In this document: positions 1 through 41,815 of the stretch, in pieces
Numbering within the stretch: position 1 is the first letter of the stretch
Layout of the letters: every line of letters starts with the position of its first letter
Assembly (NCBI GenBank): GCA_012295275.1
Contig: CM022677.1
Span: forward strand, 22,754,001-22,818,000
Direction of reading: 5' to 3'
From: Chrysomallon squamiferum
Lineage: Eukaryota > Animalia > Mollusca
Length of the DNA: 64,000 nt
The notes under the pieces: model-generated
What the model was told of the DNA's origin: nothing
Seen by the model: only the letters and a program-made list of their open reading frames with translations
The model's database searches: none
Program-made: the position numbers and the translations under genes

Positions 1-933
1 TGATTCCTATTAGTATCTGTGTAATAGACACATATATACACACACACTGTGTAATAAACACATATATACACATACATGTGTAATAAACACATATATACAC
101 ATACACACAAACATACACACACATGCTGATTTCTATTAGTATCTGTGTAATAGACACATACATACACTTTCCCAGTCTGTCAAACAGGAAACATTGTAAA
201 CATGTTCACAGTCTGAACATATCGGCCATGTCGGCTTAGGCTGCTGAGGTTTTTCAGAATCAAGCGGTTTTCATTTCTTACTGAGTCTACTACACCAAAC
301 ACCCAGTCACCACTATGAACATCAAGAAAAATATCAGTGGCTGTGTAACTGAACTCTTCACCTGTCAACAGACAAGTTGTTGTTTGTCTTTTAGAATGTG
401 CCTACATGCAGTGTGGTTGTGGTAACCATGTTATAGGTCACTGATGTCATTTTGACCATAAAATCACTTTCTTCATTCTAAGATGGAGCCTTTGCAAAAC
501 ATTCCTGATAATAATAATAGCAACAACAACAACAACAATAATTTAATTACAACAGTTTTTATTAAAACTGAAAGAAGTTCTTCTGCTGTGTTGTTTTAGT
601 TTTTGTGATGTGTGATTTTAAAGAGCACCTTCAGAAACAAAAAACAAAGTAATAAAAACGAAATCAGGTGATGGACTGTTCAAAACTTGTACAGTCGGTC
701 AGTAATCAGAAACGTCAGTCAGTAATCAGAAAGGTCAGTCAGAAAACCACTGACCAGTACATAACATCTGCACAATAGACAATGTCTTGTGAGGTGTCTT
801 CCTGTTAATATGTAAAAGATATTGTAAATGTTCAAGCTGTTTAATTGTAGAGTTCTTTTTTGTTAAATTTTATTTTTCTATCCAGATGTTGTTTTGTTAC
901 TAATATGTGTGTTTGTTGTTTTGATACAAACAG

Positions 934-1459
934 AAGACAGTGGAGAGCCTGCTAGAAAGAAAATAAAGATTGAGGCTGAGGAGTCCGTATGTTGTTTTGT
1001 TACTAATATGTGTGTTTGTTGTTTTGATACAAACAGAAGACAGTGGAGAGCCTGCTAGAAAGAAAATAAAGATTGAAGCTGAGGAGTCCGTAGAGGAATC
1101 GTTGTTTTGGAATATGTGTCTGTTGTTTTGATTCAGAAACCCAGTGGAGAGCCTGCTAGCAGCAGGAGTCCGTAGCCCCTTGCAGCAGACGCCATTACAG
1201 GAAAAGAGGAACAAATTGAAATTGTAAGTTTGTGTGGCATTTCTTCTTTTTGGGGGGAGGGGTTTGTTTGTGTAAACAGGCATACATGTTTGTTTTTGTA
1301 AATGTGTGTGTGTGTGTGTGTGTGTGTAAATGGATGTACATGTGTTTGTGTAAACAGGCATACATGTTTGTTTTTGTAAATGTGTGTGTGTTTGTGTGTG
1401 TGTGTGTAAATGGATGTACATGTGTTTGTGTAAACAGGCATACATGTTTGTTTTTGTAA

Positions 1460-1493
<34 letters not shown>

Positions 1494-1823
1494 GGATGTA
1501 CATGTGTTTGTGTAAATTGATAAATGTGTTTGTCCATTTATCTGAGTTGTTAATTTTCTGGGTACTTTTGTGTATAAATAGCATGTTTTTCCCATTCAAA
1601 ATAATATCAGTTATTGTTGTTGTTGCAGTTGTTATAATTACTGTTGTTTTGTGACTAGGAGGAGGTGGATGTGGGGGCTGCAGACGGGGGTCAGGGGGAT
1701 CTGCGTAAGAAACTGGAGGAGATTCAGAGACAAGCAGACGAGTTCAAGGAGCAACTGAAGAAGAAAGAAATGGAAGCGGAGGACTACAAGAAACAGCTGA
1801 GTAAAATCAAGGGAGAGAAGTAG
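934..1823 (+). CDS. GABPB: 3' end of GA-binding protein beta-like (last two coding exons; penultimate exon garbled)
   Basis: Last exon 1659-1823 (ag|GAG...TAG) encodes EEVDVGAADGGQGDLRKKLEEIQRQADEFKEQLKKKEMEAEDYKKQLSKIKGEK*, resembling the GABPB1 C-terminal coiled coil ([33 protein letters not shown]). The preceding exon (acceptor copies starting 934/1037/1137, donor gtaagt at 1224) has DSGEPARKKIKIE, like the GABPB NLS EEPPAKRQCIE. Homology is from recall; no search was run. Confidence 0.7.
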
Positions 1824-1947
1824 ACCTGCTGTTGGAACTCTTTTGTTAAGAGTCAGATGCAGTCACCTCCAAGAACAGACAACAGTTTCATTCGTTAAAT
1901 GAAAAAAAACGATGGAAGAAGTAGCATTTAAAAAGTGCTGTTATAAA

Positions 1948-1953
1948 AATAAA
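1948..1953 (+). promoter_or_regulatory. candidate polyadenylation signal of GABPB-like gene
   Basis: AATAAA 125 nt after the stop codon; the AT-rich context makes it weak evidence. Confidence 0.3.
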
Positions 1954-3034
1954 AAACTACAGGTTGACCGTGGTTTGTGTGCAAGAAATGAGGCAAAGAA
2001 AAGGTGACAGTTAAGAATGATGAAAGAAAAAAAGAAGAAAGAAGATTTTTTTTATAAAGTTCTTAAGCCAGGGAGATTCAAGTTTATTTTTTTAAGTTTT
2101 ATTTGCTTCTTGTTTGCAACAGACAAAACATTTATGTAAAATGTAAAAAAAAGAGTATTTTTTAAAGTTTTATTTGCTTCTTGTTTGGAACAGACAAAGC
2201 ATTTATGTAAAATGTAAAAAAAAGAGTATTTTTCAACATTGCTAAGTTTGTAGTGTGAGAGAGAAAACAACAGTTTACTTCAGTGTATAAAGTACAAGTC
2301 TATTCTGAACAGTGATTGGCTGTTTCTGCGCACACCACTCAGTTCAGCCAATCAGATTCAACATGTTAATCACTAGACTGTCTTCTGTTTTAGCTGTCAG
2401 TTTTAATTTTTAAGAGAATTTGTTGACTGGTTGATGTGATTTTGTCTGCTGATGTCACTAAAATGTTTCTAACAAGACTGTCTTCAAGTCAGTCCTGTGA
2501 CAGGTTTCTAACTAGACTCTTCAAGTCAGTCAAATGACTGAGAAGACATTAGAAAGGATTTTCATACAAACATTTCTGATTTGATGTTACAATTCAGTGA
2601 CGTCTGCTGTCTATCAGATAACAGCAGCAGAAATTAAAAAAAAATGTATTCTCTTTCAGTTGTTGTTTTTGTTTATAATCTGTGTGAAAATAACAAACTG
2701 GACTAAATCGAATCAAAAACTGATGAACAGCACCAAAACCGACCTTAAAATGACCACTGTAAATTTCTTTATTTCAAACATACATCCTTTTATTAGATAA
2801 TTTGATTACAGAAATAGTTTGGTATTTCATCTTGTCATCTACTTCATTATGTTAATGTGGCATGCTGATTGGATGTGTTTCTGTATTTTATTTTAAATTT
2901 AATTAAAAGTAAATAATACACCACCATCATTGATACATTCAAAGATTTGTTTATTGTAACTTACTAGTAAAGAGACAGATCAGATGTTAAGGTCAGTGAA
3001 CTTTGGGACCCTGCTGCACCTTGTTGTTGCATTC

Positions 3035-4083
3035 TCAGTGTAGTGTGAGACAGATTTGTATCCATCTTTACAACATCCATTATCAGTGTAGTTGAGATAG
3101 ATTTGTATCCATCTTTACAACATCCATCTTAACTACAACATCCACTATCAGTGTAGTGTGAGACAGATTTGTATCCATCTTTACAACATCCATCTGAGAC
3201 AGATTTGTATCCATCTTTACAACATCCATCTTAACTACAACATCCATTATCAGTGTAGTGAGACAGATTTGTATCCATCTTTACAACATCCATTATCAGT
3301 GTAGTGTGAGACAGATTTGTATCCATCTTTACTACATCCATTATCAGTGTAGTGAGACAGATTTGTATCCATCTTTACAACATCCATCTTAACTACATCC
3401 ATTATCAGTGTAGTGAGACAGATTTGTATCCATCTTTACTACATCCATTATCAGTGTAGTGAGACAGATTTGTATCCATCTTTACAACATCCATCTTAAC
3501 TACATCCATTATCAGTGTAGTGAGACAGATTTGTATCCATCTTTACAACATCCATTATCAGTGTAGTGAGACAGATTTGTATCCATCTTTAACAACATCC
3601 ATTATCAGTGTAGTGAGACAGATTTGTATCCATCTTTACAACATCCATTATCAGTGTAGTGAGACAGATTTGTATCCATCTTTACAACATCCATCTTATC
3701 AACATCCATTATCAGTGTAGTGAGACAGATTTGTATCCATCTTTACAACATCCATTATCAGTGTAGTGAGACAGATTTGTATCCATCTTTACTACATCCA
3801 TTATCAGTGTAGTGTGAGACAGATTTGTATCCATCTTTACAACATCCATCTTAACTACAACATCCACTATCAGTGTAGTGTGAGACAGATTTGTATCCAT
3901 CTTTACAACATCCATCTTAACTACAACATCCACTATCAGTGTAGTGTGAGACAGATTTGTATCCATCTTAACTACATCCATTATCAGTGTAGTGTGAGAC
4001 AGATTTGTATCCATCTTAACTACATCCATTATCAGTGTAGTGTGAGATAGATTTGTATCCATCTTTACAACATCCATTATCAG
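3035..4083. repeat. intergenic minisatellite, ~45-65 bp variable unit
   Basis: Repeated cagtgtagtgagacagatttgtatccatctttacaacatccattat with optional ccatcttaactacaacat sub-repeat. Confidence 0.95.
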
Positions 4084-4746
4084 ATCCAAATCAACACATT
4101 AACCTGAAAAGTAGGTGAAAGCTAAAAACAAAACACGTTACAACTGAAAAATACGCAAATGTTGAAACTAACACATTATAAACAATAAACACTGCCATAT
4201 CTAATCATTCAGACTACTTTTCCAGTAATAGTTTGTATGAAGTTGTTACATTTTATTTATATATCTCACTTTATTTGTCATCCTAGCTTCTCTCTTGTAT
4301 ATTTTTTTTTAAACTGTGAAATTGGGGGAAATGCTGGTATTAGATCTCAGAACTTCCACAGCCTACAAAATGATTGTGTTCAGCCAAAATATATATTTAT
4401 ATATTAAACATAAACATAGACTTCATTATTAGAAATGACATATATATTTATATATTAAACATAAACATAGACTTCATTATTAGAATGAAATATATATTTA
4501 TATATTAAACATAGACTTCATTATTAGAATGACAAGAGATCATGATAATCAGCAGTGAAACAATATATATATAATAAGCTATAAAAATCAAAATAAATAA
4601 TATAAAATTATAAATAATTAAACTATATTAAATACTAATGACTGGTGATGATGACGATAATAAGTAAATAATAAAATGAAATAAATAAATAAATAAAACT
4701 ATAATATATATATAAAAAAAATATAAATATGTAAACTAATTATTAT

Positions 4747-4818
<72 letters not shown>

Positions 4819-5065
4819 TAAACAGGAACAGTAATAATGACAGAAAAAAAGAACAAAATTTATAATACAGAATATAAATTAGAAAAAAGAAGAAAACAGA
4901 AACATTTATTTATTTGTTTTTCTTTTTTCTAATTTTATTCGAGCGTTTTTCATTATTTTTCTTCTTCTGCTTCACAAACGTATAGAATGACCGAGACTAA
5001 AATTTGACACCAAGAAAACCTTGATTGTTAAGTTTAACGCAACTGTACATATCGACACTATAAAG

Positions 5066-18172
<13,107 letters not shown>

Positions 18173-18382
18173 AAACCACAAACCACAAAATTCAGACATC
18201 TTGTTCAGAAACACATCACTGAAATACATTTTGTCATCTAGACATTTGTTTTATACAACATTGAAATATTATTCATTATTAAAATAGTTTGAAATCTCAT
18301 TTATCATTCAGTACCAGTGTTTCACTTCATTCATCTGTGAAATAAGAAATTTTTGTGAAAACATTTTCTGTGAAATTATGGA

Positions 18383-18388
18383 AATAAA
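18383..18388 (+). promoter_or_regulatory. candidate SMU1 polyadenylation signal
   Basis: AATAAA ~210 nt after the stop codon. Confidence 0.35.
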
Positions 18389-20384
18389 AAATTAAATTGT
18401 TTCAACATTTTCTAAAAAGTTTTTATTTTTATCAGTTTGTCAGTTTATTCTCTTCAAATATGGGAGCAAAAAAAAAAAAAAGAAAGATTATTTTGTTTTG
18501 AATAACACATTACAACAATACTGTAATTTTTTATTAATTGAAATAAAAATGAATAAATGATTAAAAGGATTTTTATATTTGAAATTATTGAAATGACTTG
18601 TAATTTTTGTTTTTAAATTGTATGTTCATTTGAAATTGCTAATTAAAATTGTTTTGTCCAACTTGCTTCCTGTTTTTATTAGCTGCTTCACTATTTTTTA
18701 ATTTATGAGTGATATTGTGATGTCACAGTTTTGATTTGGGAAGAAGAAATATTTAAAGTACAGAAGGAAAAAAACCCCATTAAATTTTAAGAAATAAACA
18801 ACAATCAAGAAGATGGAAATATTAATTCACCAAATTATTCTTGGGATAGAAACAGTATTTTTTAACTGTTTTTTTTTTTTTTTTAATTAAAGAAGTAAAA
18901 TTATAGATGATAAAACTGGAAGTAAAGAACAATAGTTATCTGGAAACACTTGAAAGTTATTGTAATTCTTACATCATTTCACCATCCAAAAACCAGAAAA
19001 ATCAGCCACCCCACCAGTAAAAAAAATTAATAATTAACCATTCTATTTAATAATAATAATAATGTTTGTGTGTGCTGTTGACAAAACAAAACTCACAAAT
19101 TTTAATATGTTTATTAATAAAATTGTAGAAGAAGCCATCTTACAAGTGTCACATTTTATAAAACAATGTTTATTTACAAGAATGGAGATTCCTGGATAAC
19201 ACTCCCCCCATCTATCCACCCCAGTAACCTTTTGAATGCAATCAAGTTAATGTTAGAATGTACAGCACACCTTGAACACCTGCAATGTCTGGAATATACA
19301 ACCATACTTTACTGTCATGTCTAGGAACTAACTATGTGAAGCATAGTTGTACATTTTCACATTTTTACATTTTGATTTAATTTCCTCTTAGGATATACTG
19401 TTTGATGTAGGATACATTTTTACAAGAAGGAAATACTGCTGTATCTGAGATATATATCTTATGTAGAATACACTGTTATTTAGGATTTATTTAGGATATA
19501 CCATTACATTTAGAGATATTTTTTACATGTTATATCTGTAATGTATCTCCAGACATAGGATACATTTTCACATGTTGGATACATCATTAGGTCCAGGATA
19601 TATTTTTCAGATGAAGGATATACTGTTATATCTAAGATATATCTTTGCATGTAAGATACACTGTAATATCTGTGATATTTATGACAAAGTCTATTACATT
19701 GTCCACTTCGACAATTTAAATTATTTTCTAAATAAAGGCATAATATAAAAAAAATAATAAAACATTTTCTTTTATATGTTCGCAGACCCTAGGAATCTCG
19801 TCAATAAAGAATGACACAGGTATAAACAGAAGACAAATCACACTGGCAAATAATCACAATATACAACACTCGCTTGTAAGTTAAACTTTAACTAAACTGG
19901 GTGTTTATTTACTAACTACAGTAACTTTCACACTTACACACATAAATATGTAACTATTTAAACAACAAAATCTGCATACACCTCAGTTGTCTCCCATTCA
20001 GTGAACCCTTTGTTCAGTATAAATATATTATTATTATTATTATTACTACTACTACTACTGCTGCGATTAGCGTTATTATTTTAATTTTAAATTAGTTTTG
20101 TTTTTAATTTAATTCAATTCAATTATTTTATTTTATTTTATTTTATTTTAATTCATTTATTTATTGCATTTAGCATTTATTGGCATCTAAGACTGTAATT
20201 TATAAATTCATATGAAATTCGTAATGCCTGCAGTTATTGAACAAATTTCAGTCGTATTTTCTACAAAATGGTAATAATGAAAACAGTTCATTACACAATG
20301 TACAAGATTATTAAACACATCAATATTTGTAATGTAGAAGTCCACACATCTGTAAATATTTGTAATGTGGAAGTTCATATTTAA

Positions 20385-20968
20385 ATGTTAGAAAACAGCT
20401 CTGATTAGATTTGTTGAAAACAGCTGTGCTTTAGGTTTGTTGAAAACAGCTCTGCTTAGATTTGTTGAAAACAGCTGTAGTTAGATTTGTTCAAAACAGC
20501 TGTAGTTAGATTTGTTGAAAACAGCTGTAGTTAGATTTGTTGAAAATAGCTCTGATTAGATTTGTTGAAAACAGCTCTCCTTAGATTTGTTGAAAACAGC
20601 TGTAGTTAGATTTGTTGAAAACAGCTGTAGTTAGATTTGTTCAAAACAGCTGTAGCTCTAGATTTGTTCAAAACAGCTGTAGTTAGATTTGTTGAAAACA
20701 GCTTGTTAGATTTGTAGAAAACAGCTGTAGTTAGATTTGTTGAAAACAGCTCTCGTTAGATTTGTTGAAAACAGCTGTAGTTAGATTTGTTGAAAACAGC
20801 TCTGCTTATATATGTTGAAAACAGCTCTGCTTATATTTGTTGAAAACAGCTGTGCTTATATTTGTTGAAAACAGCTCTAGTTAGATTTGTTGAAAACAGC
20901 TCTAGTTAGATTTGTTGAAAACAGCTGTAGTTAGATTTGTTGAAAACAGCTCTACTTAGATTTGTTGA
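20385..20968. repeat. ~26-bp minisatellite
   Basis: ttagatttgttgaaaacagctgtag repeats. Confidence 0.95.
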
Positions 20969-21529
20969 TGTTTTGCAGTCTTTGTTCAGACGTCTGTCCA
21001 CACTTTTCATTGTTCACATTCAATCATGATTGTCTAAGAAACATGATTTATCAAAGACAAGATTTCTTATTAATGAATAGTTCTTATACAAGATTTCTTA
21101 TTAGTGAACAGTTCTTATACAAGATTTCTTATTAATGAAGACCTTATACCAGATCTCTTATTAATGAACAGTTCTTATACAAGGTTTCTCCTCTGATGTT
21201 TTACATTAATTAAAAGAAACAGATAAATAACCGAGAAATAATTAGGTTTCAGACACTAACTATAATTATGTTTTGTAGATTTACCAGTTTACAATTTTCA
21301 CTTTACAATAACATATTCCAGTTCACAGTTTTCACTCTATCAGTTTACTGTTACAAACTTACAATTATTTTATCAGCTTACAGTCATAAACTCACTTTAT
21401 CTGGTTTAAGTTACATTTGCCAGTTGAAAAATATAAATTTACATTTAATTGTTTACAGTTACTAGTTTTCAAGTTAACAGTTACAGGCTGACAATTGCTG
21501 TTTACAAATGCAGTATTACATTACAAAAT

Positions 21530-22080
21530 CAAATTTACATTTACAAATACACATTCACATTTACAAAAGAAAGTTTACATCTATAGATAGAAATTCATTT
21601 ACAATGGCCAGCCTACATTTACAAATAGAAAATTTACATTTACAAATACAAATTCACATTGATAAATGCAAGTTTACATTTATAAATACAAGTTCACATT
21701 TACAAAACAAGACCGAATTTACAAGAGCAAGTTTGAATTTATAAATAAAGTTTACATCGGCAAATGTAGGTTTGAATTTGCAAAAGGAAATCTGAATTTA
21801 TAAATAGAATTTACATTTACAAATATAAGTTTACGTTTATAAAAGCAAGTTTGAATTTACAAAATTAAGTTTACATTTATAAATACAAGTTTACATTTAC
21901 AAATGTAAGTTTGCATTTACAAATGTAAGTTTACATTTACAAATGCAAGACTGAATTTACAATAGGAAGTTTGCATTTATAAATACAAGTTTACATTTAC
22001 AAAAGCAAGAGTAATATTACAAAAGGAAGTTTGTATTTATAAATACAAGTTTAGTCTCACAAAACAACTTTACATTTACC
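21530..22080. repeat. degenerate 20-bp minisatellite
   Basis: aagtttacatttacaaatac-like units. Confidence 0.8.
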
Positions 22081-22369
22081 AGTTGAGACTACTATTTCAT
22101 TTCTGTTTACAAAGATAAGGCACAGAAAAACAGACTTACTCAAAACATTAATTCCATTGTACTTGTTTCAGGCATTTTAATTATTAATCTTATAAAAATT
22201 GTTACTATCCAGTTTTGTGTTACCTGCCCTGGTAATAGCAAATTTTAGATGTGTTATTATATTAATCAAATTTGTTATTGTTTTACCCACCTTGTATGTT
22301 TATATTACGTGTTCAACAACTGATAAACTACATATTAAAAAATAACTATTTAAATTGTCATATATTATT

Positions 22370-22401
<32 letters not shown>

Positions 22402-23395
22402 TCTTTAATGTTACATTATTATCAAATATTCAAGAAACAAGTGAACATTATTCCTTTAAAAAATTATCTGTTTCTGTAAAATGCAGTGTAAAGAGATTTC
22501 AGTAACATGAGTATAATCTACATCAAAATCTTGCATAAATAATAAATAAATAACATAAAGTCACTCAGAAAATGGAGAAGGAAAAGTTAAACATAAAAGT
22601 AAATATCAAACACAAATATACAACAAAATTTTACAACAAACAATAAAACATGAAAAGACAGTATCTAATTACAAATGTATGTGTGTGTGTGTGTGTGTGT
22701 GTGTTATTAATTATTTGTTATAAAAATTATTTCTATTTATTTTGATAATACCAAAATTATTTCTTATTATTTAATTTTTTATAAAAATTATTTTATTATG
22801 ACATATTACCAGTACAACTAAATATTGGCTATTTATCTCTCTGACAGACAAGTATTAGAGATTCTTTGATTGGTTAATACAGATATATATAAATCTACTT
22901 TACAAACTCTGTTTAAAAATAATTCTTAATTTTCCAGTAGATTTGAAGATTTTTAACATACTGAATATTCAGTAGTAAAAGTTACATATATTTTCCTTTT
23001 TAGTCACAATTTTATTATTATACACATTTTCTTTTTAAGTAATAGTGTTATTTTATTGTATATGTGTTTCTGTTTAAGTAATACTGTTATTTTATTGTAT
23101 GTTACATGTGTTTCTGTTTAAATAACTGTGTTATATATGTTTTAAGCTGTTGTTATTGTAGGTTATATATATGTAATAATGTTATTCTAATTTTTATATT
23201 CATGCAGTACAAGTGTTTCTGTTTAAGTAACTGTGTTATATATGTTTTAAGCTGTAGTTATTGTAGGTTATGTAATAATGTTATTCTAATTTTTATATTC
23301 ATGCGGTACAAATGTGGTCCTGTTATCAGTGAGAAGTAGAAAAGTGAATTTTCTCACAACAACGTCTGTCACAACGTTGTGGTTGACTGTCACAC

Positions 23396-36987
<13,592 letters not shown>

Positions 36988-37850
36988 TTTAGCTTGTTAT
37001 TATGTTCAGCAGCAAATGTTTCTCGTGACACTATTTGTTAATATTCGTTTTCAAAATAAAATGGTGAATAGTTTTTTATATTATTACTCCATAAAAATAA
37101 ATAAACAATAAATAAATAAATGAAGAAATCAAATGCATAAATAAAAAAAATATAATAAGAAATCAAATTTATTAATAAATAAATAAATATATATAATTAT
37201 AGCAATGGTACAGTGGCGTATCATTCTCTCCAAAAGTGGCACTTCTCAGCAGTTTCCCAAATTTTTAGTAGTAATAGTAATAGTATCGCCATCCTCGGAA
37301 GAACTTTCTGAATCACTATTTAATTCGATCAGCCTGACAATTCCCAGCTCCCACTGAAAGAAAGTCGACTACTGAGGTGGACAGTAATAAAGTTATTAAT
37401 AGATGGGTGTGAGACAGTTGCAGACGATTCGTCCATTTTTCATATTGTTTTGTTTTTATTTCAAAATAATTAAATGACACACGTTTACATAGTGTTCTGA
37501 AATTTTTAAGCTTACTATCAAAAATGTTATTATTTATATATTTATTTATTTGATTGTTTATTTATTTCTTTATTTATTTCTTTATTTTTTATTAATTTTA
37601 TTTTAAATATAAGATAACAATTATGTACTTTCTTGTAAACTGTATCTTGCTTCTGATTTTAATAAAAATGTGTAATGAAATTAAAACTATTCCGTTGTTT
37701 GCCTTTTTTCTATTTAATTTTCTTTTGTTTTTATCTTCTCGTCTTTTTAAATGTATGTGCTGCCCTTAATATTTAAAACCTGGCTACGGTGTAAAGATGC
37801 TAAAAAGAAAACTAAAAAGAAAAAAAAGAAAAAAAAAAGACCCAAAACCA

Positions 37851-37925
<75 letters not shown>

Positions 37926-38156
37926 TAAATAAATTTAAAAAAAACACGAACAAAAAAAAAAAAAAAAAAAAAACACACAACAATAACAACAACAACAACA
38001 AAAAAAATAAATTAATTAATTAAATATAAAAATCCTTGGAATGGTGAGAATATAATTTTATGGACATATTGGACATTGGACATAATACATTTTAGTTAAT
38101 ATCCACAACACAGACACATAGTATATATGCATATACATACAGAATACAGTAATCAT

Positions 38157-38193
<37 letters not shown>

Positions 38194-38378
38194 ATCGTAT
38201 CAACAATAGTAAAGTACGTAATAACAACAACAATGCAAATAATAATAATAATAATCATGATAATAATAATAATAATAACAATAACAATAATAATAATAAT
38301 AATAGCAATACTACTACTATTACTACTGCTAATAGTAGTAATAGTAGTATTAGTAATAATAATAATAATAATAATTAC

Positions 38379-38430
<52 letters not shown>

Positions 38431-39378
38431 GCTGGCATATGGGAGATAACTCGTCCCTGAATCTTTAATTTAAAACTCTTGGCTTAATTTAACATAATGA
38501 AGCAGATTTTACACAAATGAGAAAAAAACAGAAAAAATTAAAAAAAAAAGGGTGAATAAAAATCTGAAAAATAAAATAAATATTTAAACACTATAACAAT
38601 AATTGTATATATGCATGTGTGTGTAAATATGTCCGTGCATGTGCAAATGTGTATGAACACTGTGACTGCGTATGCGTAATAACGTGTGTCTGTGCGTCTG
38701 CCTGTCAGTATATAGTTAGACAGTTTTGACGAACAAACACACAAATACATCAACGTTACACACTTTATATCAAGTAACAAACATACGTTACATACTTTGT
38801 ATCAAGTAACAAACACACATTACACACTTTATATCAAGTAACAAAAACATTTAACACAAATAATAAATAAATAACATACTTCATGTTAAAATGTGTCTTC
38901 TGAACGTGATTGTTAAGAACAAGAAAAACGTATGCTAAATATCATATTTTGTGTGTGTAGTATACGTAACTGTATTTACAGCATACTACTTAGCTATTCA
39001 TTGTTGCTGTGTCTATTTTTAGAATATGTTAATGAGCTTGTCGGCGTAAACCAGTTAGATCGAGTTGCTCGTGTTGAAGGTTTCTGCGTAATGGCGAAAG
39101 ACCTATTTAAACATGATCATTTACATTTTAAACTTTAAATTAATATACATTTTTCAGTGTAGAGAAAAAGCGCGAAGCTGTATAGCAGATATTAAAGTTA
39201 AATAAACTGAAATTATTAAACAAACAAACAATGATAAAAAAAAGTCAAGATTGTTGATTTGTTACTTTATGTTTATTAATTATAATTATCTATTATTATA
39301 ATTATTATTGTTATTATTATTACTTCATGGTCGTTTCAAAATATGCACCGTCAAACAAATTATTTACTTAATTGCTGA

Positions 39379-39465
<87 letters not shown>

Positions 39466-41004
39466 GGAAGTTTTACAATCACAAAATATCTATTACCTAT
39501 AATGAATCAACTTTTTTGTTTTCATTGTTCCTAACTCAGTATGGTTTATCTAGGTCAGCCTAATCGGAGCAAAAGAAACGCCATTACACACTACTACAGT
39601 CGTAACATTTCCAATAAGATACAACACACAAAAATAATCTGTGAAAAAAATAAATCAAAGATGTATATTTGATGCATATATACTGCATTAAACTGTACAG
39701 CTGTCACATTTATGTTTTTCTTCTATGTTACAAATAACGATAAACAATCCACAGAGTCCGTCTTTCGTAAGTGACCTGAATGGCCGACAAACGTACATTT
39801 GGAAAATCTGTCCTCACTTTAACATTGCTTGTCTGCACAGATTGTTACAAGTGTAGAAAGCTCGTAGAAGCTCGCGATCTCGCGCAGCTCTCGAGAAACA
39901 CTGTTATATTGACTGGCAGACCGTACATTAGTCAGTAGAGGGGGGTGGTACTGTAAAGGCTATGAACGAGCTCGGTGAAGCTGGCACAACAAAAAGGAAT
40001 GTCGATAGAGTCGGCCATATTGAAATAATTGTTGTTTTCGCAAATTGACGACATACTATATATTTTGAAACAATTACACTGAAATTTGGTAGAGAGGAAA
40101 ACATGGCCAGTAAATACATTGTGCTGCAGACATATTTAAAGTTTAGAAAATTTCGTTACAAGCTGAAATTCAAGTGACATATATTCGTGTGACGCAGACA
40201 TTGTAAAGATTGTAATAGACCCAGCTTCAATATTTTTTCTCTTACTCCATCTGAAAATTTCCCCAAGACAAAATGCTAACTACACAGATGCGAAAAGGTA
40301 AGGCATTTCTTAAAATTTATGCATTTGAACCTTTTTAGAGGTAGCAACAACCAGAAAATAGTCATAAAACGCAAATACGCTTCAAGGTCTTCTGTCCACG
40401 TCAGTAGTGTTGACTACAAGTCACGTGATTTATGGCGGGAACTTTTGACGTTCGAAGCGCGCTTCTGCAGATGATCAGATTAAGAGTAATTAAAATAAAG
40501 TAAGTTAGAAAATACAGTTTTAACAGTATATATATTTAAACGTTTTATTGTTTTATTTGATAAATAATGTATTATTATTACTATTATTATTATTATTATT
40601 ATTATTTTTAATATTTGTTGTTTGTATTTTATCATCATTCTTTAAGGACAAGCATTAATTAAAATAATGTATTTTAAATTTTATATTTTAAACTTTTATT
40701 ATTTATTTTATTATTATTATACAAATTTCCCTATCTTCTTCTCATTATAATTTTTTATAATTCTGGCAGTGGTAACAAAAACTAAACATTTTATAAATCA
40801 TTTATTTGTTTTTAATATCATATGATCATTATTTCTGGAGGCCAACATTTTATAAAACAAAAAAGAACAGAAACGGCCATTTTTCAGTAATTTCACAAGT
40901 TCCAACTCTCTTATAATGTTAATTTTTATTTTTATTTTTATATAATCATTATAATTTTCCACGTTAAGTTCTGTGTTACATTTATGATGTAAATATTAAA
41001 CAGA

Positions 41005-41091
<87 letters not shown>

Positions 41092-41780
41092 TTAACAAAA
41101 CGAGCAACAACATCAAAAGCTAATAAACTTGATAAAATATTTAAAAAGTGGCATGGTGATGTCATTAAGTTATACATTGTAAATTGCAGTAATAGACACA
41201 AATATGACGTACATACAATTTTCTTGTGAGTGAAACTAAAATGTAACTTGTTTAAACCAACGTTTGCTTTAATAAATAGAAACGGATTTTTTTATTTTTT
41301 TATTTTTTAAATTTGTAATGTATACTTTTGTTATGAACTAGTACTAATCGTCATTCTTCGCCAATTTTCGCCTAAGTGATAAAATAAATACATAAATTAA
41401 TTAATTAATTAACAATAAAAATACGAATAACAAATTTTGAAAGCAGCTAAGTATCTTTTCTGTTTCATTTTAATGTCTGTACAAGTATAACTAAATAAAT
41501 TAAAAATGCATCGATATGAAATGAAATATAAAATAATGTTGTAGTTATATAAGTATTTGAGTAGTCAGATAACACTGAAAAAAATAATAAAATAAAAAAT
41601 TCCTTAACATGTTTATAAAGTTAGCATTATGCATTAACATTCTTTTAGTAAATCACTGTTTTTCAAGAAAAAGAAAATTATGTGTGTGTGTTTGAAGGGA
41701 GGAGTTTCTTACTCAATACATCCTATGCTCGATGTCGCATTCCATATATTTTTCTTTTTTTTAACCCTCATTCATTAAAA

Positions 41781-41815
<35 letters not shown>

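Noticed and set aside
37747-38468. Poly-N/I/L/K ORFs
   Set aside because: (AAT)n and poly-A microsatellites
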